A stretch of 64,000 bases of DNA from Octopus sinensis. Lineage: Eukaryota. This document shows, in pieces, positions 61,652 to 64,000 of the stretch. Below the pieces are notes generated by a model. The model saw only the letters and a program-made list of their open reading frames with translations. It was not told the origin of the DNA and did not search any database. The first letter of the stretch is position 1; each line of letters starts with the position of its first letter. The stretch spans positions 8,184,001-8,248,000 of the forward strand of contig NC_043017.1 in assembly GCF_006345805.1 (NCBI RefSeq), written 5' to 3'. Position numbers and translations under genes: made by a program.

Positions 61652-61742
61652 ATGGATTTGGGATCTTTTCATTTTGAAGGCCAGATTTGTTTTGGTCTAC
61701 TAATGATACTTGTTTTCTTCGCCAACATTCCCTTGTACACGT
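61652..61742 (+). CDS. Possible first coding exon of an unidentified secreted or membrane protein
   Basis: attATGG start; MDLGSFHFEGQICFGLLMILVFFANIPLYT has a hydrophobic core; followed by a phase-1 donor T|GTATGT at 61742/61743. No homology recognised. Confidence 0.35.
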
Positions 61743-62217
61743 GTATGTAAATCTGTCTATACTTACACACACGCATATACTCACAAAATTTATGAATGAG
61801 GTGGAGGACAGGCACGTACACACGCGCGCTGGGGCGTGCCCAACAGTCATACAACGCATAATTTGTTTTTAATCGGAAGGGAGGAAAGATGTCTTCACAT
61901 GGAAATTATGATTCTAAAATAAACAAATGAGTTCCAGTGTCGGCATGGTTTCTACGGCCGGGTACCCTTCCTAATAACAACACTTTAGAGCGTGTACTGA
62001 GTGCTTTTTCCGTGCCAACAACACTAGTAAGATTGCCATGCAGTTCACAAGACTATGAAGCCCAAAGAAAAGGCGGGGTGGGACTTTTATGTTTGAGATG
62101 TGATGTCATATATAAAGTTGTTGACTCAAATTTCATGTTTGTTCAATGATCAATGTTTCTATATAAATGCATATAATTATATTATATATAAAATGTGTGC
62201 GCGTGTGTATATATATA

Positions 62218-62670
62218 TCATCATCATCATCATTTAACGTCTGCTTTCCATGCTAGAATGGGTTGGACGATTTGACTGAGGTCTGGCAAACCAGATGGCT
62301 GCACCAGGCTCCAGTCTGATCTGGCAGAGTTTCTACAGCTGGATGCCCTTCCTAACGCCAACCACTCTGAGAGTGTAGTGTATGCTTTTACGTGCCACCT
62401 GCACGAGGGCCAGTCTGGCGGTACTGGCAATGGTCATGCTCGAAATGGTGTTTTTTACGTGTCACCTGCACAGGAGTCAGTCCAGCGGCACTGGCAACGA
62501 CCCCGCTCAAATGTTTTGTTCACGTGCCACCGGCACAAGTGCCAGTAAGGCAACGCTGGTAACGATCACGCTGAAATGGTGCTTTTTACGAGCAACCGGC
62601 ACGGAAGCCAGACAGCTGCTCTGGCAGGAATCCCGCTCGGATGGAGCTGTTAGCGATTCACTGGCACAGG
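62218..62670 (-). mobile_element. Longer family 2 repeat with internal tandem units
   Basis: (CAT)n tail at 62218-62232, conserved 3' body, repeated gtgctttttacg.gccaccggcac units. Confidence 0.85.
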
Positions 62671-64000
62671 TAGACACACATATGCATATATTCACAGACA
62701 CACACACACACATTATGACTCTTGCTTATTAATGAGCTGGCAAAGATTACTTTTCAGCCTCGATGCAAACTCACAGTTTTTACTACAGCTATCACACAAT
62801 GTCTCCTTTCATTTAAATGCAATGCAGAATCATGCCCACCCACCAACAAAAAGACAGTCTTTCTTGCATGACCTGTTAAGTGACAAAAGCAGAGATATTT
62901 CTTTGTCACTGTAAATTCCATTTGGGGAGTTGAATACCTGCGAACAACTATGCTATAAATTATAAATTGCAACAGAAAGAAAATAAAGACGAGGCAAAAA
63001 TAATACAACCCACATGTCTCTGTCCCTGTGGTTTGAAGGGTTTGGTTGCTCAATTGAATGCCCTTCATTCAGCTGTGCTGGAAGAAGAGGAGGAAGAAGG
63101 AGGAGGAGGAGGAAAAGAAGAAGAACAACAAGGGGTGGGGAGGAGGGCAAGGGGTAGAGAGGATGCAGAGGAAGAGAACTCATGGTTCTAGGTTCAGTCC
63201 CACTGCAAGGTACCTTGAGCAAGTGTCTTCTACTGTAGCCTCAGGTTGACCAAATCCTGGTGAATGGATTTGGTAGATGGAAACTGAAAAATGACACTTG
63301 TGTGTATGTGTGTGTGTGTATGTGTGTTAGTGTTTATCTCTTACAACCATCTGACAACTGGTATTGGTTTGTTTATATTCCCATTTTTGGTAAAAAAAAC
63401 AACAGACTAATAGAAAATGTACTGGGTTTAATTTGTTCAACTAAAACCTTCAAGGTTGTGCCTTAGCATTGCCACAGTTCAATGACTGAAACAAGTAAAG
63501 CATAAAAGACACACGCATGATGAAGATGTTGAAGATGATGATGATGGTGATCATCATCATCATCATTTAACGTCCACTTTATATATATATGTATGTATGT
63601 CAGTCCACAATCATCTTGATAGCTTCTTGCTCTCTTCTCCTCCATATGTCCAGTCAGTTTGGTCTTGGACAATTGATTCTTGGAGTATGTCTAAAATACG
63701 AGTCCTAAATAGACAAAATTCTTTTGAATGTGGCTTTGCTTGATAAAGATTGACCAAGGGCTAAACGGCAACAACAATAACAACAACAAATCTAATAATC
63801 ATTATGTGATACAATGTCAGTTACTTAAAGAAAGCAATCCCTTTTTTCTCTTCTATTTCTTAACATAAACATGAATATATTTTTTATTTCCTTTTTTTGC
63901 AATTTAGGCCAACATTTTTCAGTTTTTTGTGGTAACGACTGAAAGGAGCAGCCTTAAACAATAGGTTTTTTTTCTCTATATTACTTCCCCAATGAGCAAT

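Overview
AT-rich eukaryotic genomic DNA packed with microsatellites and SINEs. The repeat families suggest a coleoid cephalopod, most likely Octopus (inference). Three protein-coding genes are supported. (1) The first coding exon of NDOR1 (minus, 348..208), which the ORF track misses because it is only 47 codons. (2) Intronless-CDS TMEM203 (plus, 28589..28996), probably with a non-coding first exon near 6.9-7.3 kb and a ~21-kb 5'UTR intron. (3) A four-coding-exon ABHD14A/B-like alpha/beta hydrolase with an N-terminal membrane anchor (minus, 46887..40743), possibly with a first exon near 61.1 kb. A possible fourth gene (signal-peptide-like exon, plus, 61652..61742) may start at the right end. 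Main findings: NDOR1 and TMEM203 appear head-to-head around a shared promoter as in human; two Penelope-type minimal hammerhead-ribozyme motifs with covarying helices flank an ABHD14 exon; a (CAC)n tract before the TMEM203 start is open in all three frames, with two overlapping uORFs; a duplicated decoy acceptor precedes the ABHD14 last exon; several long hairpins lie in introns. The rest is transposon debris: maT/DD37D, mariner, Tc1, piggyBac- and hAT-type MITEs, Helitron, RTE, HERO, Penelope, a Crypton-like element and at least four SINE families. Splice models are read from sequence only, and repeat boundaries are approximate.
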